DNA of 64,000 nt from Octopus vulgaris (GCA_951406725.2 OX597815.1:137826001-137890000), one strand, 5' to 3'. Shown: positions 52,149 through 61,680, numbered from the stretch's first letter. The notes: generated by a model not told the origin, from the letters alone. Program-made: numbers and translations.

Positions 52149-55100
52149 CATGGAGAACGGACGTTAAACGATGATGATGATGATGATGATATACATATAT
52201 ATATATATATACATACATATATATATATACATACATATATATATATATATATGTATATATGTGGAGGTGCAATGGCCCAGTGGTCAGGGCAGTGGACTCA
52301 CGGTCGGAGGATCGCGGTTTCGATTCCCAGACCAGGGCATTGTGTGTGTTTATTGAGCGAAAGCACCTAAAGCTCCATGCGGCTCCGGCAGGGGGTGGTG
52401 ACGATCCCTGCTGTACTCTTTCACCACAACTTTCTCTCACTTTTTCTTCTGTTGGCCTGCTCGCTTAGCCAGCGGGGTGGCATCATTTGACGGCTAAAAT
52501 AATGCGAAGCGCATTGTGACCAGCTATGTGTAGCAACATCTGATAGTCTGGTCGGTCACGTGATATATATGTGTGTGTATATACATATATATTTATATGT
52601 ATACATATATATATATTTATATGTATACATATATATATATTTATATGTATACATATATATATATATATATATATTTATATGTATACATATATATATATAT
52701 ATTTATATGTATACATATATATATATATATATATATATTTATATGTATACATATATATATATATATTTATATATATACACGCACACATATATGCATTACA
52801 TATTCATGCATATATATATATATATATATGCATACATACACACACACACACACACACATTTATGTATACTTAATGCCACCTACCTCAATCACAGTCACGA
52901 CACTGTAATTTTTTAATATAATAAACATTCATACAGGTTTCAATGTACACATGACAAAAAAGAGAAAAAATTGACAATTCCTGCATATAATCATTACTTC
53001 TTTCTTTATTTTTCTCTTCAGTCATTTCCAAGAAATCTCTTCAACTGCCTTTCTCTATTATCATTCCTTCTGCATGACTTCTGCAAATCCAAAGGCTTCT
53101 GCCAGGTATGTTATTTTCCGTGTATACATTTTCCTCAAACATATTTCTTTTAATGTAGGTGCAGGCATGACTGTGTGGTAAGAAGTTTTCTTTTGAACCA
53201 CATGGTTCCAGGTTCAGTCCCACTGTGTGGCACCTTGTGTCTTCTGCTATAGCCTTGGGCCAACCAAAGCCTTGTGAGTAGATTTTGTTGATGGAAACTG
53301 GGAGAAACCTATCATACATATGTGTGTGTATTTGTCCCACTACCACTTGACATCCAGTATTAGTGTGTTTATGTCCCTGTAACTTAGCAGTTTGAGAAAA
53401 GGGTTTGATGGAATACGTACCAGACTTCACAAAAAATAAGTACTGGAGTCGATTCATTCAACTAAAGCTTCTTCAAGACAGTGCCCCAGCATGGCCACAG
53501 TCTAAGGTAAAAGAGAAAAAAAAAGTTATGTGTATTTTTCTCTCCCTATGGCAGACTAGAATTGCTTGCTCTGATATTGATTATAATGAAATAGAATTGA
53601 TATATCACAGTTTGAAGATTACCTCCACTACTGAGGAAGGGATAAATGTATTCTTAATAGCAATAGTATTAAAAAGGACATCCTCTGTTAAGCATTAACC
53701 ACATACAGACGCAGCACTTTTTTGTACATGAGAAGGAAGGACATTTACTGGCAGGCATGAGAGCTTTGTGTTCTTTATTAATTTAGCATTTTAGCTTTAT
53801 CATGTTGATGCTTCTGCACACTAGGTCATTCTGCTTCTTATGTATATTTTGAAATTTTAAGTATGTCAGCAAATATGTTCCAAGAATATTTGGCTCTAAA
53901 TCTTTGCATTATTACCTCAATAACTATGACGAATGGGAAGTACTTAGAACAGATCTTTGAATACAAGGCCATAACTTTAATGCACAGTCAATTTGAAGTT
54001 TTTTTTTTATTTCTTGGAGAGCCTGATTTATGAATTGAAATATTTTCATCATCATTGTTTATGTCTGCTCCCATACTTGCATGGGTTAGACTGGTTGTTA
54101 TGGTTCTTCTAGATGGGTCAGATGTCCACATCTTATTCATATGACTTTTATTTGTTCAAATTATGTCCCCAGCTTTATACATTTTGTAATATATATGTGA
54201 AAATATAAATTTTTAAACATAATTTTTTTTAATGATAAATGTTTGTTTGTGGTTTTATAAAATTACTTAGGAATGATGGGATCTTGTCCAACATATGCCA
54301 GCAGGAAAAACTGAGATCAAAGGACAATGACAACAATGACAGTCCATTATCTTTTTATTGGCTTTACAGTGGGTCTTACTAAAGCTTTGGATAGTGTTAG
54401 CTAGTGAGAAAGACTAAAGTATTTCTAGAACTTAGTCTTTATGATGTGGTTTTGACAGCATCAGATGTCATTGCGAAGACTAGCATCACAAGATGTCATT
54501 AGAGAGCATGAAGATTAGTATTTCTAATGACTTTGAAGTTTATTGTGCTATCCTGGATGTATAAATAATACTTTTATGTGAAAGTCTTCAATACCAAATC
54601 TTTAGGTTTATGACTTACTTTTGTTTTTTACATTCTCAGTAGTGATGGTTGCATATGTACTGTTAGATTTATATTTTCTGTAATGTAAAATAACATTACA
54701 TTTTGAGTTGAATGGCATCAGGTACTATGTTTACCATGTTTATATATTCAGCATGGGGTGGTCTAAGGAGTGTCAAGGAGGTGTAGCACCTTCGACAGGG
54801 GATAATGTGGCACTCTTAAGAGTAGTTCATTTGCTTTGATCTCTCCCTAGTACCCAACTCTCATTTGTGGGTCCAAGTCACCTTTTGTATGCAATGATAG
54901 CCAGACCTTGGTAAACCACATCAACTAGTGGACTAAACCAGGTGAGGGCAGCTGACAGATATGTAACTCTTAGTCAGTTAGGGGTTGCCTGTCTATGCAT
55001 TTGAAGACTGGATCTTGCAGACATTGCTGTAAAAATAGCCTTCATGGTTCAGCATCTGTCTTCAACTTCTGTCATCTTGACCTGGTCTTGCCACTGGATT

Positions 55101-58100
55101 GAAGATGATCAAGGACAAGAGAGTGAAGTCACTGCATAAATCATCAGTCATCTCTCAGGATGACTTGATGGTCCTCACCGCCCCAAAGGATGAACATAAT
55201 AACTCTGTCTGGAAATGAACTTAGGAACCTTTCTTTTATTCAGAGTAAAACTCCTGTTGAGAAAGTTAAGTTCCATAAAATTTCTTACTGTTTTTAATGT
55301 CTGTAACCTTTTGTTTCTTGTTTGTTTTAACAGCTACATTGGCCTTGACAGATTAGCAAGAGAGTTTCGAGACACATCGCAACAGTTTCTAAAAACTTGG
55401 AATATTGTTCAAGACGATCGAAAAATTATTGAGGTTTGTTTGATTTTTCTATTTAACTTTCCTGTTAGCTTCAATTTTCAATGATAATAATTACAGGCTT
55501 TGAGATGTATTTACATTTCTCTATATGTAGAAAAATAAAGCTTTAGCAGTATAATTAGTTTGAAGCAGTAACTAATGAGAGAGGGAGAGATCATCATCAA
55601 TTTTTAATTTCTCTATTTTATGCTGGTTTGGGCTGGGTGGTTTGACAGGACCTAATAGGTTCAAGGTCTACATCATGTTCCAATGTCTACTTTGACATAG
55701 TTTCTATATCTGGATGCCCTTCCTAACACCATTCACTTTATAGTGTACACCAGCAGCTTTTCTTTCATGGTAGCAATAGTGAGGTCACCATGCAGTTTGC
55801 AAGACTAAGACCTCTTTGACTGTGTTGGGCTACAGTAGAAGGTGGCTATATGTTAAGTGATGAGAGGTTAAAGTTTAAAAGAAGGGGCAAGAACAGAACA
55901 AGATTTTTGCTGTAGAAGAGCTACATGACTACTCACATTATATCAGGTCATCCCATAAGTTCTGTCCGAATTTTGAATAAAGAAAACAAGTGATCAAATG
56001 TTATATTTAATTGAAATTTAATCATCAATATACTTTCTCTGATTATCTATGACTTCCTTCCATCTATTTACAAGTTTTTTAATCCCATCAATGTAAAACT
56101 CTTTTGGTTTCAAAGCGAAGAACTCTGAAATGTCAGTTTTGACCTCCTCCTGGCTTGTGAAAGTTATGTCCCCAAAATGTTAGAGTTTCTTGTAGGATCT
56201 CTTTTACTTTATTCATGGTACAATTTACTGGGTATTTTTTTATAGATAATAGAAGTTTTGTGTTACTTCTAGAGATCCTTCTGTGTATTTAAGAAAATAT
56301 GTTTGCTGTGCTCTCTTAATGCTTTGTAGTCCTATAATAATGAGGACATCAGCATAAAGGAGTTCCCTCGGTCAACTGGTCTTAAACCCTTTTGTTTTGA
56401 TCTGGAGGACTATGATGAATAGAAGGGAACTAAGAACTGAGCCTTGATGGATCCTACTTGTACACTAAACTCATAGCTGTATTCATTATTAATTCTCACC
56501 TTACAGAAAGCATCCCTGTACATGACGTGCATTATTCTTATAAGCCATTAAAAACATAAATAATAATGATAGATGTTGTGATTGATTTGATTGAAACAAG
56601 CTTGAATCTACCAATTTAATTAGTCAGCCAGAAATACACAAAAGTGACATTTCAATATCTTTGGGCATAGAAAGTGAAAACTCAGTTACCATACCTGCAA
56701 TTGAAAATCTTGAACCCACACACTTCTGATCATGTCTCAGAAAATGTGTAAACCACATAGTTTCTGCTTCTCTATTGGTTAAGTATTCCTGATGATGCTT
56801 AGCTTCTCTTCTAGCAACATTATATTGCTCTCTGCTGCCTCCTTTCTTCCAGTTTTTACAAGCCTGTCACTTTGCTTTTATGCCTCTGTCTACTTCACTG
56901 TTCCAACACAACACTGCCTTCAGTCTGAGCTCTTGCAGCAACCACAGAATGGATGAATAGCTCTCAGTAGATTAAGTCTCCATTTTTTTCTTTTGTCATA
57001 AGCATAATTAGAACTTCTCTGAATCAGTGACCAACTGAGGGCACTTTTAGCTTCCATTTCCAAATTGTTTTTTGCTTCTGAGTCTACCTTGCTCTTATTC
57101 TGATATCACAAATCTAATTTGACATGTGCATTCTTCATCAGAGAAAGGCTTGATATATATACACAACAATTTACCTATCCTGCTTTCTGGTGAGAATAGA
57201 GTGTATTGACTATAGTGCTAACCTGATTGATAAGGGAACAAGTGGCTGGCCAGTCTCTTGAAATTTGTATCACACATGGTTAGGTCATATGTATCACAGA
57301 ATTACAGGAGTCTTTATTCCTTCTCATTCCTTATACTATATCCATAATTTCCATACACACCAGAGAAGCCATCTTGGTGTTGCTCAATATGTTCTTAAAA
57401 TTTCCAGCAGTGATAATAAAGTCACTTTCATTTGTAGTTGAGGCTAGTCAACAGGAGGGCCTCATAAAAGCAGTTCTTTCATTTATGTACCTCTCCTGAC
57501 TGTGTTGTATATGTTGAGATGATTGTCACTGTTGTTTTTGACTAGCTTAAGCATAATTATTCTATTTTAATTATCTCTTAGTATTACCTTTATTAACAGA
57601 ATATTGCTTATCAGTATTTTAAAAATGAATTTTTAGTTAATCAGCTTTCATATAGAGACTGTTGACATTCTGTCTATTAAATGTAAAATTATGTTCATTC
57701 TGGAAATGCCTTACCCTAAAATAATCCATATGGTGTTGATTATTTGGTGCTGGTGTTGTTGGTATGGACCACACTTGCACCATCAGAAAGTTACAGCTAT
57801 ACAGGAAATCACTTTCAGTTATTTGTTGTCAAGAAAGTAGCAGTTTGTTTCTACTACTGTAGTTTTTACTACAGATTATTAAACACAAGATGAAAACAAA
57901 TTCTAGATTTTTATGCTTTTGTGCTTTTTTTTTCCAGTTTCTTGCCAGTTTAATTTTGAAACAGGTTCTAGAGGAAGCACAGGAAAAGGGAGCTTGGATA
58001 GGAAATAGAGGTAAATAATTTTATATATACACATACACACATCTCCACTTAGTTTATTGTCAGTCTTTTGATTCACTCATTCATACAGAATATGATTGAT

Positions 58101-60248
58101 GCTTAAAATTTTTAATGGTGATAATAAAGAGTTTTTAAAATATATTAGTTCTTATAGTTTTCAAACTAAGTTATAAATTCATCACAGTGTTTATTTTTTG
58201 ACTCCTGCTGGAACATAGTCCTTATCAAATTATAAGAGTTGTTGACTGTAACAAGATTTTGAAGATGAAATGATAATTAAAGAAATCCTTAGAGACTCAT
58301 TATAAGTTGAAAATGCTATATTACTTAACATTATCATAAATTATGATAACAGACATCTGAAATTTTGTTATTGTGAATAAGAAAGTAGGTCAAGATATGA
58401 CTAGAGTGAAAAGTAGACAGTGTTGTTAGCATAATACTAGTGTATGTAATGAAATGGCATGGAGAAGTCAGCACAGAACTAGAAGCTTTTTATCGGTTTG
58501 TTGTCTTTAACCACTGAGCTATGTGCCTTCACATGTTTGAGTGTCAGGATTACAGTCATGAAGCTGTGAGTTCAATTCCTGGACTGGGCTGTGTGTTGTG
58601 TTCTTGAGCAAGACACTTTATTTCATGTTGCTCCATTCATTCAGCTGGGGAAATGAGTTGCAACATCACTAGTTCCAAGCTTTATTAACCTTTGCCTTTC
58701 TTTAGGATAACATTGCTGACGTGGAGAGGGGAGATTGGTATGCATGTGCTCTTCCACAAACAACCTTGCCCAGACTTGTGCCTACTTTCTAGATGCTATC
58801 CCATGGTTATTCGTGACCAAAAGGGGTCTTTACTCTTTATTTTGTCTTAACCTGAAAGTCATCAAAATACTTGCCAGGCAACAAAAGAAGAGGAGAGTAT
58901 AAGACAAGCAAAGAGAGTAACATGACACCTTCTTTGGGTACAGATCAAGTGAAGAGAGTACAGGTCAAGTGTTGAAATTACATATCGGTTGATTGTAACA
59001 GTTTATTTCCATACTATGGAATATTATGTTTAGGTCTCTATTGTATTCTATATTTGTGTTTTTACTACAATTTTGCGTCTTTTCATATTTCCAGACTTCT
59101 ATCATTTGTTGCAGTGGTCTGAACACAGAATAGGCAGCAAGTCTTATTTAATTCTGCTTTTGATTATTTAAATCAATATATTGTCTTTGCATAGACTAAG
59201 ATACCTGACTAAACATACATCAGAAATGCAAGAAGCAGGAAGACAAATATTCTGTTAGCTTGCAGTATTATCCATACTTATGAGTTTGAAAAAAGCAGCA
59301 GAAAGTCGTTCTAAGTGTATTTGTGCTAAGAAATTGAGGATAACTTTAACAATTTAGTTTCTTAACCACTTAGCATTCTTAATTAGCCTGACAAAGAAAT
59401 GCTTATTTATTCACAGTCTTTTGAATTAATCATTCATTATCCTATGGCTTTGATATTATGGTTGTTTATTTTTGAATAACATTGTAGAGTAAGTGTGAGA
59501 AACTGGATATGGCCAGTTTCAAATGGGTAGAATATTTTGACAGGTTTATATGCTAATGGGTTAAGTGTTTTAAATTTAATCTAAAATAATTGGATAAAAG
59601 AAATATGGTTTTGCTAACCCAGCAGATTAACCTTTTAGCATTTAAACCAACTGTATTAGGCCAGAATATTCTGCCTGTTTTATGTTAAAACCAACCAGAT
59701 CTGACCTCTCAAAGCTATGAGATAGTGTATGATTAAATTCAAAACAATGTGAATGAATAAGCATTACATTTGATAGGAAAATCTGAATGCTAAAGTGTTA
59801 AATTCTGTGAATTATGAAATCAAGTGTATTTAAGCAGAGAAATAGTTTAACCAGAATGAAACCAAGGTTTCATCTAATATTGTTTGACTGTTGACAGCAA
59901 TAGTTCAGGAAAGGTGAGGGCTGGGAATCAATATTCCAGCAGTGCACTGACACACAAAGCTTTACCACAAAGTATTGCTACAACAGTTCATTGCCACAGC
60001 TGTGAAGTAGAGGTCATTTTATTTGTCTTTATAACTATCTTTGCCTCAATAACATTGGATAAGAAAGTTAAATGTAAAACTGCTCAGTTAAAATTCTTAA
60101 ATCTATTAGACTATATGCTTAATTTATAAAAGAATATATAAGTTTTCATTTCAATATATGTATATATATCTTTATTTATTATCTTCCAGAAGGTTCCAAT
60201 TGCTCATTCCATGTCTCCTACAAACCAAGCTGTACACGGAAATGTTGA
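8581..60248 (+). CDS. SMCR8: SMCR8 orthologue (DENN-domain subunit of C9orf72-SMCR8-WDR41), 5'-partial, 18 exons: 8581-8729,12657-13230,14781-14920,17722-17779,22125-22191,24491-24584,30108-30277,31640-31740,35018-35087,35225-35307,36838-37000,38961-39081,43841-43897,46877-46956,53022-53105,55334-55433,57938-58010,60190-60248
   Basis: All introns are GT-AG with consistent phases and one open frame to TGA at 60246-60248. Colinear peptide blocks match human SMCR8 as recalled: [22 protein letters not shown] vs SLLSGRTLVVLG..LVTALAIFVP; [19 protein letters not shown] vs YTSILDLDNKTLRCPLYRG; ISSTAFLY vs LCSKAFLY; FLASLIL vs YLAELLK. Confidence 0.93.
9080..11008 (+). mobile_element. RTE-clade LINE 3' part (ORF2 end + 3' UTR + (GAT)n tail), interrupted by a CR1/L2-type insertion
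   Basis: [24 protein letters not shown], resuming after the insert with [26 protein letters not shown]; the UTR has tandem ggtggcacataaaaagcacc units and ends in gatgatgat. Confidence 0.9.
9328..10123 (-). mobile_element. 5'-truncated CR1/L2-group LINE nested in the RTE
   Basis: intact ORF end [54 protein letters not shown]; (TAAC)n tail; RTE text rejoins across it (tgtatg|atgcatgtg). Confidence 0.93.
12657..13230 (+). CDS. SMCR8: SMCR8 exon b (large Ser/Asn/Asp-rich, probably disordered)
   Basis: tttcag|CCTGAA...TTGG|gtcagt; 574 nt open frame that contains supplied ORF 12702..13250. Confidence 0.85.
13537..13778 (+). mobile_element. RTE 3'-UTR copy
   Basis: 2 tandem units + tail. Confidence 0.88.
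14781..14920 (+). CDS. SMCR8: SMCR8 exon c
   Basis: tataag|ATCAG...CACCAG|gtaggt; [24 protein letters not shown] resembles human PKLIKAKS..FDKKLKTLEELC; second acceptor at 14806. Confidence 0.82.
15130..16740 (-). mobile_element. decayed RTE LINE
   Basis: minus strand motifs [11 protein letters not shown] and QGLVLSPL; heavily mutated. Confidence 0.75.
17722..17779 (+). CDS. SMCR8: SMCR8 exon d
   Basis: ttattccag|TATTAT...ACTG|gtaaat; [19 protein letters not shown]; phase 0 to 1. Confidence 0.8.
18215..19285 (-). mobile_element. inverted copy of the PLE 3' portion (GIY-YIG + tail)
   Basis: reverse complement of ~19873-21020, e.g. tgtctggggagagtcat vs atgactctccccagaca; the GIY-YIG segment is repeated. 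Confidence 0.9.
19290..21020 (+). mobile_element. Penelope-like element (decayed RT + GIY-YIG endonuclease)
   Basis: [14 protein letters not shown] (RT), [35 protein letters not shown] (PLE thumb), [24 protein letters not shown] (GIY-YIG); stops and frameshifts present. Confidence 0.9.
22125..22191 (+). CDS. SMCR8: SMCR8 exon e
   Basis: tttcttag|AACC...CACCG|gtaaga; [22 protein letters not shown] (cf. human ITNFL); phase 1 to 2. Confidence 0.82.
22735..23122 (-). mobile_element. composite tRNA SINE (family B)
   Basis: head ggcgcaggag..ttgggcaag..gaaagaagcc + (TA/CA)n spacer + second module ..gaataagtact..cagcatggc..aaacaagtaaaaga. Confidence 0.88.
23279..23598 (-). mobile_element. RTE 3'-UTR copy with TSD
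   Basis: 3 units; atattgtat duplicated on both sides. Confidence 0.88.
24095..24397 (-). mobile_element. tRNA-headed SINE-like element carrying a hammerhead
   Basis: minus strand head GGGCATATGGCGTAGTGGTTAAG...GTTCGATTCC (A and B boxes), (AAT)n linker, then hammerhead 24211-24256 and an AT-rich tail; distal boundary approximate. Confidence 0.7.
24211..24256 (-). ncRNA. minimal type I hammerhead ribozyme motif (Penelope-type)
   Basis: minus strand: GACAC CUGAUGA A GGCUGG agggtata CCAGCC GAAA UG UU GUGUU; stems I and II pair; core intact; stem III UG probably a CpG-decayed CG. Confidence 0.8.
24491..24584 (+). CDS. SMCR8: SMCR8 exon f
   Basis: ttttatag|GTGT...GCCCAA|gtaggt; [31 protein letters not shown]; phase 2 to 0. 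Confidence 0.75.
28173..28765. mobile_element. tail-to-tail pair of family B SINEs
   Basis: + copy head 28173-28340; - complete copy ~28388-28765. Confidence 0.85.
29054..29088 (-). ncRNA. degenerate minimal hammerhead motif
   Basis: minus strand: GUUU CUGAUGA A GAGC uuu GCCC AAAA CG UA AAAC; GAAA changed to AAAA and one stem II mismatch. Confidence 0.55.
30108..30277 (+). CDS. SMCR8: SMCR8 exon g (contains LIR-like EEWDII)
   Basis: tatttag|AAGGAA...ACTAG|gtaatt; [14 protein letters not shown]...[23 protein letters not shown]; phase 0 to 2. Confidence 0.78.
30305..30500 (-). mobile_element. piggyBac-like MITE (TTAA-CCCTTT termini)
   Basis: ttaaccctttg...aaagggttag; same family at ~18-236, 59362-59564 and 59627-59801. 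Confidence 0.7.
30530..30930 (+). mobile_element. mariner-type transposon remnant
   Basis: [41 protein letters not shown] is a mariner transposase C-terminus. Confidence 0.7.
31640..31740 (+). CDS. SMCR8: SMCR8 exon h
   Basis: ctttgtag|TTAC...TATGATG|gtagaa; [33 protein letters not shown]; supplies the needed phase 2 to 1 bridge. Confidence 0.75.
32368..32768 (+). mobile_element. composite tRNA SINE (family B)
   Basis: same two modules with an internal TA/TG microsatellite. Confidence 0.88.
32800..33480 (-). mobile_element. RTE 3' end (ORF end + UTR with ~42 bp tandem repeat)
   Basis: minus strand [19 protein letters not shown]; three gaggcccaa..aaaggaactcagccactttg units at 33085-33190; other UTR copies at 2060-2382, 26189-26370, 30957-31240, 34064-34350, 41883-42064, 45140-45362. 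Confidence 0.82.
33630..33935 (-). mobile_element. older BovB-like RTE 3' end
   Basis: minus strand [18 protein letters not shown] zinc-finger remnant next to (TA)n. Confidence 0.65.
35018..35087 (+). CDS. SMCR8: SMCR8 exon i
   Basis: ctccacag|GTTCT...CCTTG|gtaggt; [22 protein letters not shown] (cf. human SLDNYSDTTSYVSSVAS). Confidence 0.82.
35225..35307 (+). CDS. SMCR8: SMCR8 exon j
   Basis: ctattttag|TGGT...TACAAG|gtaagt; [27 protein letters not shown]; follows a 137 nt intron. Confidence 0.82.
36838..37000 (+). CDS. SMCR8: SMCR8 exon k (cDENN core)
   Basis: tttttag|CTAAG...TTTAT|gtaagt; [52 protein letters not shown]. Confidence 0.93.
38961..39081 (+). CDS. SMCR8: SMCR8 exon l
   Basis: aagcag|AAATC...ATCATG|gtgagt; [26 protein letters not shown] (cf. 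human PVKHWASSPLHIMDFQKWKLIGLQR). Confidence 0.9.
39638..40623. mobile_element. solo LTR (Gypsy-like)
   Basis: TGTA...TACA termini flanked by 4 bp CAAT duplication (39634-39637, 40624-40627); several CCAAT boxes; CpG-richer than flanks. Confidence 0.75.
40990..41255 (-). mobile_element. mariner-type transposon remnant
   Basis: minus strand [21 protein letters not shown]. Confidence 0.7.
42158..42376. repeat. (TC)n(TA)n and (TA)n microsatellites
   Basis: direct inspection; other long (TA)n tracts at 28762-28880, 43133-43212, 48706-48830, 49043-49125. Confidence 0.95.
42616..42698 (+). ncRNA. minimal type I hammerhead ribozyme motif with long loop 2
   Basis: UUCC CUGAAGA GAAGAU ...46 nt... 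AUCUUC GAAA CAUG UU GGAA; palindromic ACAUGU stem III typical of dimer-active PLE hammerheads. Confidence 0.72.
42756..43132 (+). mobile_element. composite tRNA SINE (family B)
   Basis: same two-module structure; small deletion in the head. Confidence 0.88.
43841..43897 (+). CDS. SMCR8: SMCR8 exon m
   Basis: ttttcag|AACTAT...TATGAG|gtaatg; [19 protein letters not shown]. Confidence 0.92.
45520..45856 (+). mobile_element. tRNA SINE (family C)
   Basis: ggctcaatggttag..gagtttgattc..ttgagcaagacacttta; second copy ~58550-58838. Confidence 0.8.
45860..46813 (+). mobile_element. internally deleted RTE LINE with 3' UTR and (GAT)n tail
   Basis: [34 protein letters not shown] joined directly to [18 protein letters not shown]; same UTR as 10520-11008. 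Confidence 0.9.
46877..46956 (+). CDS. SMCR8: SMCR8 exon n
   Basis: ctctag|GGTAAA...CACAG|gtactg; [26 protein letters not shown]. Confidence 0.88.
47353..47768 (+). mobile_element. BovB-type RTE 3' end inserted in (TA)n
   Basis: uninterrupted [44 protein letters not shown] (C2H2); GC-rich; (TA)n on both sides. Confidence 0.92.
47858..48148. mobile_element. hAT (Charlie/MER5-like) MITE
   Basis: termini cagcactacttaaa / tttgggaagcaccg; imperfect 8 bp TSD ctgtagtg / ctctagta resembling NTCTAGAN. Confidence 0.7.
49435..49702 (+). mobile_element. RTE internal fragment
   Basis: [20 protein letters not shown], an RTE EN-RT linker motif. Confidence 0.7.
50255..50622 (+). mobile_element. composite tRNA SINE (family B)
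   Basis: same structure; further copies at 48664-49040, 53157-53515, 60808-61186; partial copies at 11315-11480, 34745-34885, 43433-43590. Confidence 0.88.
50918..51418. repeat. long inverted repeat / fold-back MITE
   Basis: ~150 bp arms 50918-51063 and 51267-51418 (ggacaagttattacac vs gtgtaataacttgtcc). Confidence 0.85.
51535..51572 (-). ncRNA. variant or degenerate minimal hammerhead motif
   Basis: minus strand: UCUUU CUGUGGA A GAGC guag GCUC GAAA UG UU AAAGA; stems perfect, core deviates from CUGANGA. Confidence 0.55.
52262..52563 (+). mobile_element. tRNA SINE (family D) in a TA microsatellite
   Basis: tggcccagtgg (A box) ... gtttcgattcc (B box); GC/CpG-rich, so relatively young. Confidence 0.8.
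52564..52860. repeat. TA-rich minisatellite (atttatatgtatacat(at)n units)
   Basis: ~7 higher-order units visible. Confidence 0.9.
53022..53105 (+). CDS. SMCR8: SMCR8 exon o
   Basis: ctcttcag|TCATT...GCCAG|gtatgt; [28 protein letters not shown]. Confidence 0.9.
55334..55433 (+). CDS. SMCR8: SMCR8 exon p
   Basis: ttaacag|CTAC...ATTGAG|gtttgt; [33 protein letters not shown] (cf. human QMSFLKLTLGLVNEDVRVVQ). Confidence 0.9.
55942..56180 (-). mobile_element. mariner (Mos1-like) 3' end with TIR
   Basis: minus strand [48 protein letters not shown], then a TIR-like end at TA. Confidence 0.85.
56325..57560 (-). mobile_element. decayed RTE LINE (endonuclease + RT fragments)
   Basis: minus strand [21 protein letters not shown] and [19 protein letters not shown]. 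Confidence 0.8.
57938..58010 (+). CDS. SMCR8: SMCR8 exon q
   Basis: tttccag|TTTCTT...AGAG|gtaaat; [24 protein letters not shown]. Confidence 0.9.
59362..59801. mobile_element. two piggyBac-like MITE copies in inverted orientation
   Basis: 59362-59564 (-) and 59627-59801 (+), each bounded by TTAA. Confidence 0.7.
60190..60248 (+). CDS. SMCR8: SMCR8 terminal coding exon r
   Basis: cttccag|AAGGT...TGA; [19 protein letters not shown] aligns with the human C-terminus LRFDYVPSFLYKI*. Confidence 0.82.
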
Positions 60249-60359
60249 CAACACATATGGACTTAAGCTTTTATAATACAATGTATAGAAGACTTTTCTC
60301 CCTAGCTGCTTTGATTGGATTAATGCAGTTATTTAACACATGTAAAAAGCAAAACAAAA

Positions 60360-60365
60360 AATAAA
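60360..60365 (+). promoter_or_regulatory. candidate polyadenylation signal AATAAA
   Basis: first AATAAA ~110 nt after the SMCR8 stop; the AT-rich context makes a chance occurrence possible. Confidence 0.35.
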
Positions 60366-61259
60366 TATTAAAAAGAATTATCGTCTTTTTTAAATTTGTC
60401 AAAGAAATGATTTACTCAAACATTTAATTTCAGTAAAGCAGATTATTTAAATGCCTTTTCTGTTGCTTCTATGTAAACATTAACTTGTCAACAACTGTAA
60501 CACATATTGTTACCATAAACTCTAGGGAGATATTGGTAATTTTCAAAATGCATTTTATCCTTCCCAGCATTTATTTCATTTTTATCATAGCAATGAATAT
60601 GCTGGTATTAAAGACAAAATGAAAAGAGTTCATCATCATCATTATTCAGCATCCATTTTTCCATGCTTGCATGGGTCAGACAGAATTTATTGAGGCAGAT
60701 TTTCTATGGCCAGATGCCTTTCCTGTTGCTAACCTTCACCTGGTGATGTTTTGGTTAATGAAATAGATATTACTGCACTTACTGAATGGAGAAAAAATAA
60801 AATTTTACAGGAGTTGCTATGTCGTAAGAAGTTTGCTTCCCAGCCACATGGTTCTGGATTCAGTCCCACTGCATGTGATACCTTAAGCAAGTGTCTCCTA
60901 CTATTGCCTTGGGCCGACCAAAGCCCTGTGAGTGGATTTGGTACATGGAAGCTAAAAGAAGCCCATCATATATATATATATGTATTTGTGTGTCTGTGTT
61001 TGTCTTTCCACCATTGCTTGACAACCAATGTTGGTGTGTTTATGTCCTCATAACTTACCAGTTTGACAAAAGAGACCGATAGAATAAGTACTAGGTTTAC
61101 AAAGAATAAGTCCTGGGGTTGATTTCTTTGACTAAAGGTGATGCTCCAGGATGGCTGCAATCAAATGACTGAAACAAGTAAAAGAAAATTGACAAACTTA
61201 TAGAACAAGTGAATCCAAACTGTCAATAGAGATTTGCTGTTTCTAAACAATTGTTAGGC

Positions 61260-61680
61260 GACAATGACTTCACTTGACTCAACAGGTCTTCGCAATAAAC
61301 TGCGCTTACGAAGACCTGTTGAGTCAAGTGATGTCATTGTCATGGCCGATGACAGAATTGCCTGATTGGTATCCATTCGAGTGGTTGATGCCAGTGCCAC
61401 CTGACTGGCTTCCATGCTAGTGGCACATAAAAAGCACCCTGCCTGACTAGCTCCCATACCAGTGGCACGCAAAAAGCACCATTCAAGCATGGTCAGTGCT
61501 GGTGGCATGTAAAAAGCACCCACTACACTCTGAGTGGTTGGTGTTAGGGAGGGCATCAAGCTGTAGAAACTTTGCCAGATCAGATTGGAGCAGCCTTCTG
61601 GCTTGCCAGCCCTCAGTCAACCGTCCAACTCATGCCATCATGGAAAGCAGACGTTAAACAACGACTACAATGATGATGAT
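61260..61680 (+). mobile_element. RTE 3'-UTR copy with 5' fold-back
   Basis: 3 units + tail; starts with an inverted repeat at 61260-61341. Confidence 0.85.
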
